The position numbers and the translations under genes were made by a program. This document shows, one piece after another, positions 1 to 12,007 of a stretch of 64,000 bases of DNA; within the stretch, counting starts at the first letter, position 1; every line of letters begins with the position of its first letter. Under the pieces are notes generated by a model. It was not told the DNA's origin. It did no database searches and saw only the letters and a list, made by a program, of their open reading frames with translations. Source of the stretch: the human T2T-CHM13v2.0 reference genome, Homo sapiens; assembly GCF_009914755.1 (NCBI RefSeq), contig NC_060933.1; one strand, 5' to 3'.

Positions 1-944
1 CTCTGAGAGCTTGAATTATTTACCCAAGGCTACATACTTTGATAAATTAGGCCAGTTTCATGCAATTCTAGAGCTCACTGAGTCCAGAGGACAACAACCT
101 GGTACCAAGTTGATGATAACTCATCTCAGATAACTCCTATGGTGGTTAATACTAGCATCCCCAGTTTAGAATAAGACTGGAACTTGGATTAAGTGCCTGG
201 GAGGGGAATACAACTCCAAAAGCAGGTTTTCCTACTTCAAAATTTGGCCTACAGACAAATAATTTTCCTTTTCTCGAATAGGTTTTTCTGTTTTTTTGTG
301 ATATCAACCCTGAAACAACTATGTTTCCTAAGAGAGAAATAATCAACACCAAAGCCTAAATTCTACATGATCATGAGAAATAAAATATATGGTGAAAATG
401 GCTCTGTATGCATGATGCTTTCTAGCCAGTGACTGTGTATCTTCCCCCCACCTAATCCAACAGGTATTTAGTCATTGTGTAGCAGTATAGTAGCTTGTAT
501 GTCTTTCATTAGATTGGAGCAAAAAAATCAGGAGAGAAACAATAATTATAACATAGTACAGTGGTCCAAAATACTTTATTGCCTGAAAGGGTAAAAGAGG
601 AGGACAAATATTCTAGCATATATGCAGTCTTCTGGGAACCAAAGAGAAAATGATATTTAAGTATCTAGTAATGTGATTCATATTAGCAGCATGAAAGATG
701 GCTTGGGAGGGCTTTAACCCTTATCCTTTTCATACTCTGTTAACTGGTTTATTAACCACATCAAGTAACTGTAGCATCTAAATGAAAATAGGTTTTTCTA
801 CAGAAATATGTCTTCAAGTGAGAAGCCTAGTCCTCCATTTTCAACCAGAATGACACCCTTAAAAGACCTTATATAGAAATTTTTGAACTCTTCACATATA
901 ATTAATGCAGTCATACAAAAAGACTCTACAACTAGGGAAGCAGA

Positions 945-1150
945 AAAGCATATGGTTAAGAGAGTGGGCTCTGGAATCAGAGCTGGTGTGAGTATTGTCT
1001 TTGCCTTTGATTAGTTATGACATTTTGGGCAGTACTGTATTTCTCTGTGCCTCAGTTTCCCCAGCTACAAAATGGCATGCAGAATAATTTCTCCTAGGAT
1101 CATTGTGAGGGTCATGTGTGATCAAGCAAGCTAAGGATTTAGAACAGTAC
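945..1150 (+). mobile_element. MIR SINE fragment
   Basis: MIR core-like text: ggttaagagagtgggctctggaatcaga...ctctgtgcctcagtttcccc...gtgagg; boundaries approximate. Confidence 0.7.
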
Positions 1151-1522
1151 ATTCGAGAAGTGGTTCTAATCTCAATTTTACTAACTATGCAGAGATAATA
1201 AAAGCAATAACAAATGACTTATTAGCCTTTTAAACTATGTACCTATGTATGATTCCAATAACTATTATATCAGAATCCAGATAAACTTCCTGCTGTGTCA
1301 AAAATGCCAGTTGTTGTCAGGAAGGCATTCTCGCTATTAGTGTATTTCAAAAATGCAATATCTGCTGCTGATTCAGAGCTAGAGCTGAGAGCTTGTTGAT
1401 TAGCTCCCATTTATCCAGATTACAGCAAATTAGATTTAACTGTGACTGGCATGTGAAAGATCTTATGTAGGACATGGAGGAGGAATACCGCTCCATAAAC
1501 CATAGTGCATTTAATTTCTTTT

Positions 1523-1810
1523 TCTTTTTTTCTTTTTTGAGACAGAGTTTCACTCTTGTTGTCCAGGCTGGAGTGCAATGGCACGATCTCAACCTCCACC
1601 TCCTGGGTTCAAGTGATTCTCCTGCCTCAGCCTCCTGAGTAGCTGGGATTATAGGCATGCACCACCATGCCCCGCTAATTTTGTATTTTTAGTAGAGATG
1701 GGATTTCTCCATGTTGATCAGGCTGGTCTCAAACTCCCAACCTCAGGTGATCTGCCCTCCTTGGCCTCCCGAAGTGCTGAGATTACAGGTGTGAGCCACC
1801 GTGCCTGGAC
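1523..1810 (-). mobile_element. Alu (AluS-like), full length
   Basis: Alu dimer on the minus strand with T-rich tail; TSD ttaatttctttt at 1511-1522 and 1811-1822. Confidence 0.97.
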
Positions 1811-2044
1811 TTAATTTCTTTTAAATAATGAGATTTTATGTGGTTGCCTTAATCATTACGGACTAGGCGGTATGCACTTTATGGTACATTATCTTTTGGT
1901 TGGAATGTGAATGAACCAACACCTACCTGAGGTACTTCTAGGTGAAATCTTGATTCTTGAGTATATAAAGTTACTTCTGGTTGCCAGTGTGATATAAATG
2001 GTTTACAAAACTCTAGGGGTTCTGTGCCTGGAGCCAACACTCTA

Positions 2045-2441
<397 letters not shown>

Positions 2442-3799
2442 TTATGATTCTATAAATAATAAGCTAATGAACTTTTCAACAAGAGAATCACATCTTTGAC
2501 CAGACATTAACCTCTATTCCTTCTCTGTTGATTCTCTGCACTTTATAAGCAACAGTTTTGAGTGATCTAAGGCCTGGAATACAGAGTTCTTGGGAGAGGA
2601 AGTTCCTAGTTCATTGCAGCCTCAGAAAACACAGAAGAAAGAGAACAAGAAGTAGGAAGATGAGCACGATCTTCTTAAATTTTAGAGAAGACCACTAGCT
2701 TATAGAGGAAGAGAGAATTTGAACTAGTACCTTGATAGGTTGGTCATAATTTGATGGAATTTAGATGGAAAGAACAGTGCACAATGATGGTTTTGTTACT
2801 GACCTACCATATGCCTGAGTAGTGGGGGACTAGTAGCAGATGAGCCTCAGCACTCTCACAGCAATGGCTCCCCTTCTAGACATACTTCCCAAATCCACTT
2901 CAGAATGGTTCCCTGAGCAACTGGCCTAGCTTTACCCCTCTACTTGCAGCTTTCAGCATTATTTTGCATGTATAGTTGTATTTTATTGTAGTTACTGGTA
3001 TAGTGCTTTGTAAGTAGTTTCTTTAGTTATTTCATGTATGATATGGAAAACTGCTTCTCAACTATGTCACATGCTATTTGAGACCCTGGACTGTAGGCTG
3101 ACAGTTTATTTGTTAACTCCTTTATTGTTAGCTCATATCAGATGATTAGCAAATGCCACGTAGCTGATTGAAACTTCACTCCAACTACCCAGAATTATTA
3201 TCCTTGAGTCAGGCTAGTTTTATATATTCATGATGTATTTGGAAACCTTACTAAATATTCTTATTGGTTGTAAATTTAAAAACCACAAACAAAACAAAAC
3301 AAGAAAGCAACCAAAACACAAAAGAAACAAGTCCTAAACCAAAAAGTTACTAATCATTTCACTCTCATGTTCTTCACCTTTCAGGGGCTTCCCATTTTCT
3401 ATATGTCAAGGTCCTTGGCATGACTCTCTAGTTTTTCCACAATCTGGCTCCACTTGACTTTCAAGCTTCTCTCTTACCGCCCTTTCCCTTTGATCTTGCA
3501 GACGCATGACTGTTTACTGCTCTGTAACCTCTCATATAATTCTCTCTGCCTGAAATGTCCTCACCTCTCCATTTTGTGTGAGCAAACCTTATTAACTGCA
3601 GCCATATGCTGCCTCCTCCATGAAGTCTTCCTGGATTTTCCCAGTTTGAATAATTCCATTGTGCACCTTTAACCTCCACTAGTAATACAAAAACCAAACT
3701 CTTTGTATTTACATTTTACATTTTGGGGGCAAATAATGGTAATATAATATTAATAGAACTAATAATTTGAAACTATTAGAGTTGTTTGCAGTGACACAA

Positions 3800-4020
3800 T
3801 AGGGTTTAATGGCATGAGTTTTGGAGTCAAACCAACCTAGTCTTGAATTCTGGCTCAATCACTTTGCATCCTTGGGGGAGTTACTTAACATTTTTGAGCC
3901 TCAATTTCCTCCTCTTGAAAATGGAATTGCTTTGAGGATTAAATGAGGTTACCATCATAAAGGGTTTATCTTGATACCTGCCCCATGGTAATTGCTCAGT
4001 AAGTTTAGCTACTATTATCA
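3800..4020 (+). mobile_element. MIR SINE
   Basis: ttttggagtcaaacc...gttacttaac...tgagcctcaatttcctc...aggattaaatgag MIR core; approximate ends. Confidence 0.7.
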
Positions 4021-4224
4021 CATGGTAGACGCTCAATTTGTGTTTGTTAATAAATGTATTCCCAACCCCTAGTTTATAGATGAAGAGATTGAAAGGGAAA
4101 GGGAAAGAGATTTACTCGAGGTGACACCTTTAGTTTGGGGCAGATCTGTAACTAACACTTTCATATGCCAGCAACCAGGTAAGAGCTTTTTTTTTTTTTA
4201 AATCAACATAAGGTGTGTATACGT

Positions 4225-4350
4225 CTTTCTCATCACTAGACTGAAAGCTTCCGGAGGGCAGGGAACTTGTCTGATTCACTTTCGTCTGCGCTTTTCCTCT
4301 AAGCACAGTAATTGCCTATGTTTTAGGTCTTTAATAAATGTTGGATGTAA
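4225..4350 (+). mobile_element. L2 3' end fragment
   Basis: actagactgaaagcttccggagggcaggga...taataaatgttgg is a typical L2 3' terminus. Confidence 0.55.
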
Positions 4351-4358
4351 TTTAATTT

Positions 4359-4402
4359 AAGAAAGTTCCCATTAGAAACAAAGAAAGTTCCCATTAGAAA
4401 CA
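4359..4402. repeat. 22-bp tandem duplication
   Basis: aagaaagttcccattagaaaca present twice in tandem. Confidence 0.9.
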
Positions 4403-5947
4403 AGAATAAATAAAATGTATTTAATCAATGTGTAGATTAAAATTTCACTAAGCTCTAAATATGGCACACAATCAAGTGATGTTAATAAAGAAAAGCTTAA
4501 TTTGAACATTATTGCATTTTTAGGTGACAAAACAACAGGCCACTTCATCATCAAGATTTCTAGAAAGAGCAGTTATTTCATACATTGCCAAGCAAAAAGA
4601 ATAAGAGATTCAAACACATATTTTTAACCTGCAGTTGCACCCACGGCATTTAACATCAGTTTAAAATTTGAATACAAACAAATATAAAGTATTGCCTTTA
4701 CAGAAGTAATGGAATTTGACAAGTTATTATCGTGAAGGATTAATTAGTACCCTGTGAGAACAAAACTGAGTCACAGGTAGTAAGTCTGCTTACAAAAACC
4801 TAAGAAGGGATGGATTGTCATGTTATTGTTTTTCATCTCAAATATGTAGAGAGATAGTCACCTTAAATAGCTTGCCTGGGAAATTACAGAATGTCTATTT
4901 TGTCCTATTTAAGATTGTGCAAAGTTTCACATAAATTATAGACACAGAGACATGCACAAATAATTTAGTACAGAACAACAAACTAGATGGATAAATAGGA
5001 GGTTATTACTTTCAAATTATAGTATTAACTCCCTCAAAATTTATTTTCTTACTTGGAAATGATTTGTTTGCCTGTCCATATTCCATGTGCAGGATATAAA
5101 AAGGAAATAGTGCTCAAACATTGCTGATCACCTCTGACGACTATCAGTTGTTTTTACCAAATAGTGCTTTAGAAAAGAATGAAGATGCTGCATGGGAAAT
5201 GACATTAGGATCTAATTCTCAAGCACTTTCTCCATTAATGAACTATACATTATAAATCAGGAGACAGGCACATTTGTTTTCTGAACACAGGGCAAAAAAG
5301 AAAAGAAAAGTAAGTGGTCCATTTGATAAAGAGCAGATACCCAACACCCTTCTAGTTTTGCTACACAAAGATCCAATTATCTCTCACAGTTCTCGAGTTT
5401 TTACAAACTGCCTCTTTATTCAGGAATAATTTTTTTTAAAAAGTCAAATTAAAAAAAAAAGAACAAAAAATTGCAGTTCAGATAACTTTAAATGCCTAAA
5501 TAATGTCATCGTGGAAAAAACACCATAAAAAGTGCAGTTCAAATTCATGCTTAGTCTAGGGTAGCTTATACATAGTCCAGCTCAGTTTGCCAAGTGTTTG
5601 TTAAAATTAATTATCACACACACAGCAGCTTTCACTCTCTAAGTAGAACTCCCAGAAAATATGCTTGGAGTGGAGAAATGCAGATTGGGTTATGAAGTAA
5701 TTTTGTACTCTAAGGACAGATTTTTTTTTTTTTAATTCACATTACTTCATGTTGGAGAAGATTCATTATTATTTATAAAGCAGAACAAGCCCCAAAGCCA
5801 ATCCCTTTCCAGTCTCACAGTCACTTTCTGCATTACAAACACCACTAAATTTCCAAATGAGTAGGCTAATTCTTTCCTTACAGAGCCAAAAACCTTGCTT
5901 GGAGTTTTGCTAACTTAGGTGACAGCACTTTGTTCAAAATAATTCTT

Positions 5948-6245
5948 TTTTTTTTTTTCCGAGAAAGAGTCTCACTCTCACTCTGTTGCCCAGGCTAGAG
6001 TGCAGTGGTGTGATCTCGATATTGCAGCCTTGGCCTCCCGGGTTCAAGTGATTCTCCCACCTCAGTCTCCCGAGTAGCTGGGACTATAGGCGTGTACCAC
6101 CACACCGGGCTAATTTTTGTATTTTTAGTAGAGATGGGGTTTCACCACGTTGGCCACGCTGGTCTTGAACTCCTGGCCTCAAGTGATCTGCTCACCTTGG
6201 CATCCCAAAGTGCTGAGATTACAGGCATGAGCCACTGTGTGGGCC
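5948..6245 (-). mobile_element. Alu (AluS/J-like)
   Basis: Alu dimer with poly-T; TSD aaaataattctt at 5936-5947 and 6246-6257. Confidence 0.96.
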
Positions 6246-7255
6246 AAAATAATTCTTATTAAGCATTCAAACACCTTATTTCAATGTGGCCAGAACTCTG
6301 GGGGAAAAGAAGTAGGTTTGTCTCTTGTTTATCATTACTAAATTTTGTTTCTTTGGGCACCTTGGTCCTTTAATAATGAGGCCACTGAAATACTTTATAG
6401 TGCAGGCTTAGAAGACAATTATTATGCTATTTACCATTTTACATGTTTAAGTTGCATTTGGTCAACAAGATGATTAAATAGTATATTTAATATAATAGGA
6501 TATAATATCCTATTTTGAATTAATCCAAACATTGTTAAAAACATAATTATTTTAAATGCAAAATGTATAGAAGTTTCTTTAGAATCAAATAACAATAAAA
6601 AAATCATCATCCACTCCCCTCCTCTACCACCATCCCCACATCCTTATTCCAAACTAATGTAAGGCAGGGTGACTGCTTTAACCCAATTTGAGATGAATGA
6701 ATCTTGTTTACAGGGTTCTGAGACTGGTAGTAGTCAGTGTGTTGAAGAGATGAGATTTTCCATCACCAGATAAAAACTTCTCACAGAGTTGCATCGATGT
6801 AACAGTGGTAGTGAGTTCCTAGCTTGGAACACCTTTCAAGGGTGGCCTATCTGTGCCAAAGAGGCCATTCAGGTATTCCATGTTCCAGTCCTGAGAGTCA
6901 TGATGGAATGACTCCTTTAAAGGTGTAACTCCTCTTTTCATGGCTGCTTGGTTCCTGCCATCCAAAGAGCATTTACAAAGTGAAACCGCTTTGTAACTGT
7001 AGGACAAGAACAGAAAGTTACAATTACTCTTCTGATTCTGGCCAACCCATGCAGAAGAAATGTCTATGAAAGCGGTCAAAGGGAAAAACCTTCCTCAGAT
7101 GATGTAACATTTTAAATTGGAAAGGAATAAAATAAAGACTTGAGGACTTTTTTTTTTTTTATCGTGAGTACTACTTTTCTCTTTTTTAAGGAAGTACCAA
7201 AGATGACCAGGAAAATCCACTTTTGCAGAGCTACTCATTTTTTGATAATTGGGTG

Positions 7256-8299
7256 TGTTAAATTAAGTTTAACTTAAAGCTTCCTCTTTGCATATTTTAA
7301 GTTCTGCTTAAAGGTTTCTTCTTCGTGTATAGTGAACTGTAAACTAACTGGATGTGTAAATAGACTGTAATCTGCTCTTGTACCAAACACCAAGTTTTGG
7401 TCAAGCAAAGACAGCCAACTGTTCAGATTATGTTCAAATAACGCAAATGGCAAGCTGTAACCAATCCAGCTGTTTGTGTACCTCACTTCCATTTTCTGTA
7501 TCTCTCTTTCCCTTTTCTGCCCATAAATCCTCTCCAACCATGTGACAGCACTGAGTTGCTTTGAACCTCTTCTGTTTCTGGGGGTTGCCTGATCCTCAAA
7601 TCATTCTTTGCCCAATTAAACTCTGTTAAATTTGATTTGTTTAAAGTTCTTAAAAAATTTAATGGGTACATAATAGGTGTATATACTTATAAGATACATG
7701 AGCTATTTTGATGCAGGCATACAATATGTAATAATCACATCAAGGTAAATTAGATATCCATCCCCTCACATCACCTCAAGCATTTATTGCTTCTTTGTGT
7801 TACAGACATTCCAATTATACTCTTAGTTATTTTGAAATGCACAATAAATTTTTGTTGGCTGTAATTACCCTGTTGTGCTATCAGATACTAGATCTTATTA
7901 CTCCTATCTATATTTTTGTACTCATTAACCATTTTTATTCTCCCCCACCACCATTACCCCTCTGAGCCTCTGGTAATCCTCAGAATGGGAGAAAATATTT
8001 GCAAATTATTCATCTGACAAGGGATTAATAACCAGAATATATAAAGAACTCAAACAACTCAATAGGAAAAAAATGTATTACGCCATTTAAAAATGGGCAA
8101 AGATCTGAATAGACATTTTTCAAGAGAAGACGTACAAATGGCAAACAGGTATATAAAAAGGTGCTCAACATCACCGATCATGAGAGAAATGCAAATCAAA
8201 ACTACAATGAAATATCATTTCACTCTAGTGATAATGGCATTTGTTCAAAAGACAGGCAATAAGGAATATTGGCAAGAATGTCTAAAGTTTTTCTTAACA
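7256..8299 (+). mobile_element. MER57-like solo LTR (ERV1), interrupted near its 3' end by an L1
   Basis: TGTTAAATTAAGTTT start; body ctgtaaccaatccagctgttt...aattaaactctgttaaattt; end tctaaagtttttcttAACA at 8299; 4-bp TSD ggtg at 7252-7255 and 8300-8303. Confidence 0.85.
7652..8278 (-). mobile_element. 5'-inverted L1 (L1MA-type): 3'UTR on minus 7652-7978, ORF2 C-terminal piece on plus 7979-8278
   Basis: L1MA 3'UTR reverse complement followed by plus-strand ORF2 text ([27 protein letters not shown]...); flanked by tgtttaaagttctt / tgtctaaagttttt. Confidence 0.85.
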
Positions 8300-8695
8300 G
8301 GTGGAAGTGATGAGGCATATCCTTCCTACCTCTTCCTGAATTTTTCCTTCAGTATTTATTTAGCTACTATTATGTCTCTTGCTAGTTATCTCTTTATCAT
8401 ATGTGTTCTGCCTCCCCTAAGGTCATATTTATGCTAGGTCTGAAGGAGAGAGGTGCAAAGTGAAAGACAAGACTTCCACTCCTATGTAAGCCATGGTTTC
8501 CTTTCCTCCTCTACCCCCACCAACCAAAGCAGAACACAATGTCTGGCACATAGATGCTCATAAATACTAATTGTAGCTGGTTTGAAAGTATTACTGTGGT
8601 ACTGAACATAATGCTTTCTACATATCTAGTAATCAAAAATGTATCAAGTTTAATTTTATGAAGGAATAATATATTTATGTTAAGAAAATCAAAAT

Positions 8696-8763
8696 ATAAA
8701 ATAAATACATATATAAAAATTAGTACATATATAAAATGAATACATATATTAAAATGAATACAC
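8696..8763. repeat. degenerate AT-rich minisatellite (~18-bp unit)
   Basis: aaaatgaatacatatat-like unit repeated about 4 times. Confidence 0.6.
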
Positions 8764-8873
8764 TGAGAAATCTATCCCTAACCCTAGTCTTCATCCACTC
8801 AATTACTCTTACCCTTTATAGGAAACCACTTTATTCTAGCCAATTTGTGTACCTTTATTATCTCTTAATATAA

Positions 8874-9305
<432 letters not shown>

Positions 9306-9309
9306 ACTT

Positions 9310-9757
9310 CCTCATTCTTTCTAAGGGCTGCAGAGTATTCATGAACAGTAGTCATGAAACCAGTCCCTGTGTGATGGATGGATATATGAGTTGCTTTTCA
9401 GGTTGTTGCTATTACAAACAATTCTGTAATGAATGACTGCATACATTATTTCCTAAGTGTGCAGGTGTACCCTAAGATAAATCCCCATTCATAGAATTGC
9501 TAGGATAAATGCATTTATAGTTTTAAATATATTGTTCCCCTCCCCCCCAAAAATCCCCAAATTTTCTTCCATAAGTGTTGCATCATTTTCATTTTCTCCA
9601 GTAATTCACAAGGAATTCATGTTTTCCCACAGATCTACCAAACAAATGTTTAGTTAATCATTTGGATGTTTTTGAATTCTATAGGTGAGAAGTTGTAACT
9701 TAGAGTGCTATTGTTTTTGTATTTCTTTAACTGTGATTGCAGTTGAAACTTTTTCAG
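9310..9757 (-). mobile_element. old L1M (L1ME/MD-like) fragment
   Basis: gctattacaaacaattctgtaatgaat...agaattgctagg...ctataggtgagaag matches reverse-complement old L1 ORF2 end/3' region; highly diverged. Confidence 0.55.
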
Positions 9758-11068
9758 ATGGGAAGAATTCAAGATGCTAGATGAGTAGCAGCTAGTGTGT
9801 GCTACTCTCACAGAGAGAAAACAAAGTGGCGAGTAAACACTGCCTCTGCAAGTAGATCACCTAAGGAACGATATCAGGACAATTAAGGGAGTGAGGGGAC
9901 ACAGAGAACAGGGAAGAGTGAAGCTGGGCAGCTGGCCACCCAAGATGGGCATGGAGCCAGGGGAAGCTCCCCAACATAGAGAAAGGGTGAGTGAGTGAGA
10001 GCCCCTGGGGGATCCTCACTTTCCACAGGGACCTGTGAAATCCTGGGAACTGGAGAACCCCCTCATCCCAATACCTGATCCGTGTCCCTGGGCCTCTAGA
10101 CTGACATAGAGAGTTGCTGGAGTGTTTGCAGAGGCAAAACTCAAGTCCACAGGAAGTCCCACAGGCCTTGGACCTGGAGCAGTCTCATGCCAGCTGCCAT
10201 AGCCCTGAGAGAAGCCACAGTTAGGGAGCCGTTACATTGCTTCACTCCCCATCATCAGACAAGGCTTAGCATCGGCTTCCAGCACAATGGCCTGGCCTCT
10301 GCCTGAACTCTGTGGGCAGGCACAGCTCTCTGTTACCCTGGAAATCAGTTGGACAGTGGGTTGAGAGACTATACCTACCCCCACTGCCTGTAGCCAGGAG
10401 GGGCTCATGGTGCTCAAGCAGTGGGGGATCCCCTACTCTCAGAACACTGAGAGGGGTGAGACAGCTGGGTTCATGGACTGGCTCAGGAACAGGGTGTGCC
10501 TCCTTGTGCAGGGCCAGCCAGGGAAGGGTATGGTCTATTTTCCAGCCGCAGCCTCTGCCTGAGGGCACCCTGCAGCCCAGGACACCTAATAAATGAAATG
10601 CAGGTGCAGTGCCAGTAATAAGAGAGGGCTCCCCCAAGGCCCAGGAATGTATCTGGTGAGGGGGTCATCTCTCCCTACCACCACAGAGCACTACTGAGGA
10701 CTGCACCAAAATACAAAAGAGCTGTGGACTGAGTAAGAGCCTATCTGCCAGCTACCACTTTTAAGCATCACCTACTGGATTGCACCCCAAATGACAACAC
10801 CAAAAACATTTTTCCAATATACAGCACCTGTGAAACCTAAAGCAAAAATCTAGCCACAAATAAAGATGCTGTACAGAGCTTTGGCCCTTTGAAAGCACTC
10901 AGAATGAAGCCAACTGACTATACTCAATGTACACTATTGTTAATGGAACACCAGCCCTCATATGTTAAAGAGTCATCTCAAGAACTCTAGCAATTCAAAA
11001 AAGCTGGTGTCTCCTTACCTCCAGACAAACACACAAGTCCTCCAGCAAAGGATTTTAACCAGATTAAA

Positions 11069-11960
11069 ATGACTCAAATGACATACATAGAATTCAGAAT
11101 CTGGATGGCAAGGAAGTACATCAAGATCCAGGAGATCATTGAAACCCAATACAAGGAACTCAAGGAATCCAGAAAAATGATCAAAGAGCTTAAAGATGAA
11201 ATAGCTATTTTAAGAAAGAACAAAACTGAACTTCAGAAATTGAGGGATCAACTTCAAAAATTTCATAATATAGTCAGAGGCATTAACAGCAGAACAGACC
11301 AAGCTGAGGAAAGAATCTCAGAGTTTGAAGACCAGTTATTTGAATCAACTTGGTTGGACAAAAATAAAGAAAAAAGAATTTAAAACATGAACAAAACCTT
11401 CAAGATTTATGAGGTTATGTAAAGAGACCAAGTCTATGACTCACAGTCATTCCTGAGAAAGAGAGTAAGCAACTTAGAACATACATCTGAGGATGCAGTC
11501 CATGAAAATTTCCCCTATCTCACCAGAGAGGTGGGCATACAAATTCAAGAAATACAGAGAACTCCTGTGAGACACTATACAAGACAACCATTGCCAAGTC
11601 ACATAGTCATCAGATTCACCAAGGTCAATGCAAAAGAAAAAATTGTTAAGGCAGCTAGTGAGAAAGGTCAGGTCACCTACAAAAAGAACCTCATCAGGCC
11701 AGCAACAGTTCTGTCAGCAGAAACCTTACAAGCCAGAAGATATGGGGGGGCCTATATTTTCAGCATTATTAAAGAAAATAAATTTCAACCAAGAACTCAT
11801 ATCCCACCAAACTGAGTTTCATAAGTGAAGGAGAAATACAATCCTTCTCAGACAAGCAAGCACCAAGGAGATTCATTACCACCAGATGATTCTTACAGGA
11901 AATCCGTAAGTGATTGCTAAACATGGAAATGAAAGACGAAACCTGCTACCAATAAAAATA
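11069..11960 (+). pseudogene. L1 ORF1p remnant
   Basis: ORFs 11069-11383 (coiled coil, ...NSRTDQAEERISEFED) and 11531-11815 (IQEIQRTP...HIVIRFTKV...LSAETLQARR), broken by stops and frameshifts. Confidence 0.88.
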
Positions 11961-12007
11961 CACTTATTACACAATGAAGTCTACAAAACAACCAGCTAAA
12001 CAACACA

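Noticed and set aside
4359-4402. Short direct repeats here and at 50023-50056 as a CRISPR-like or functional array
   Set aside because: Only 2-3 adjacent copies with no spacers, in eukaryotic DNA; simple slippage duplications
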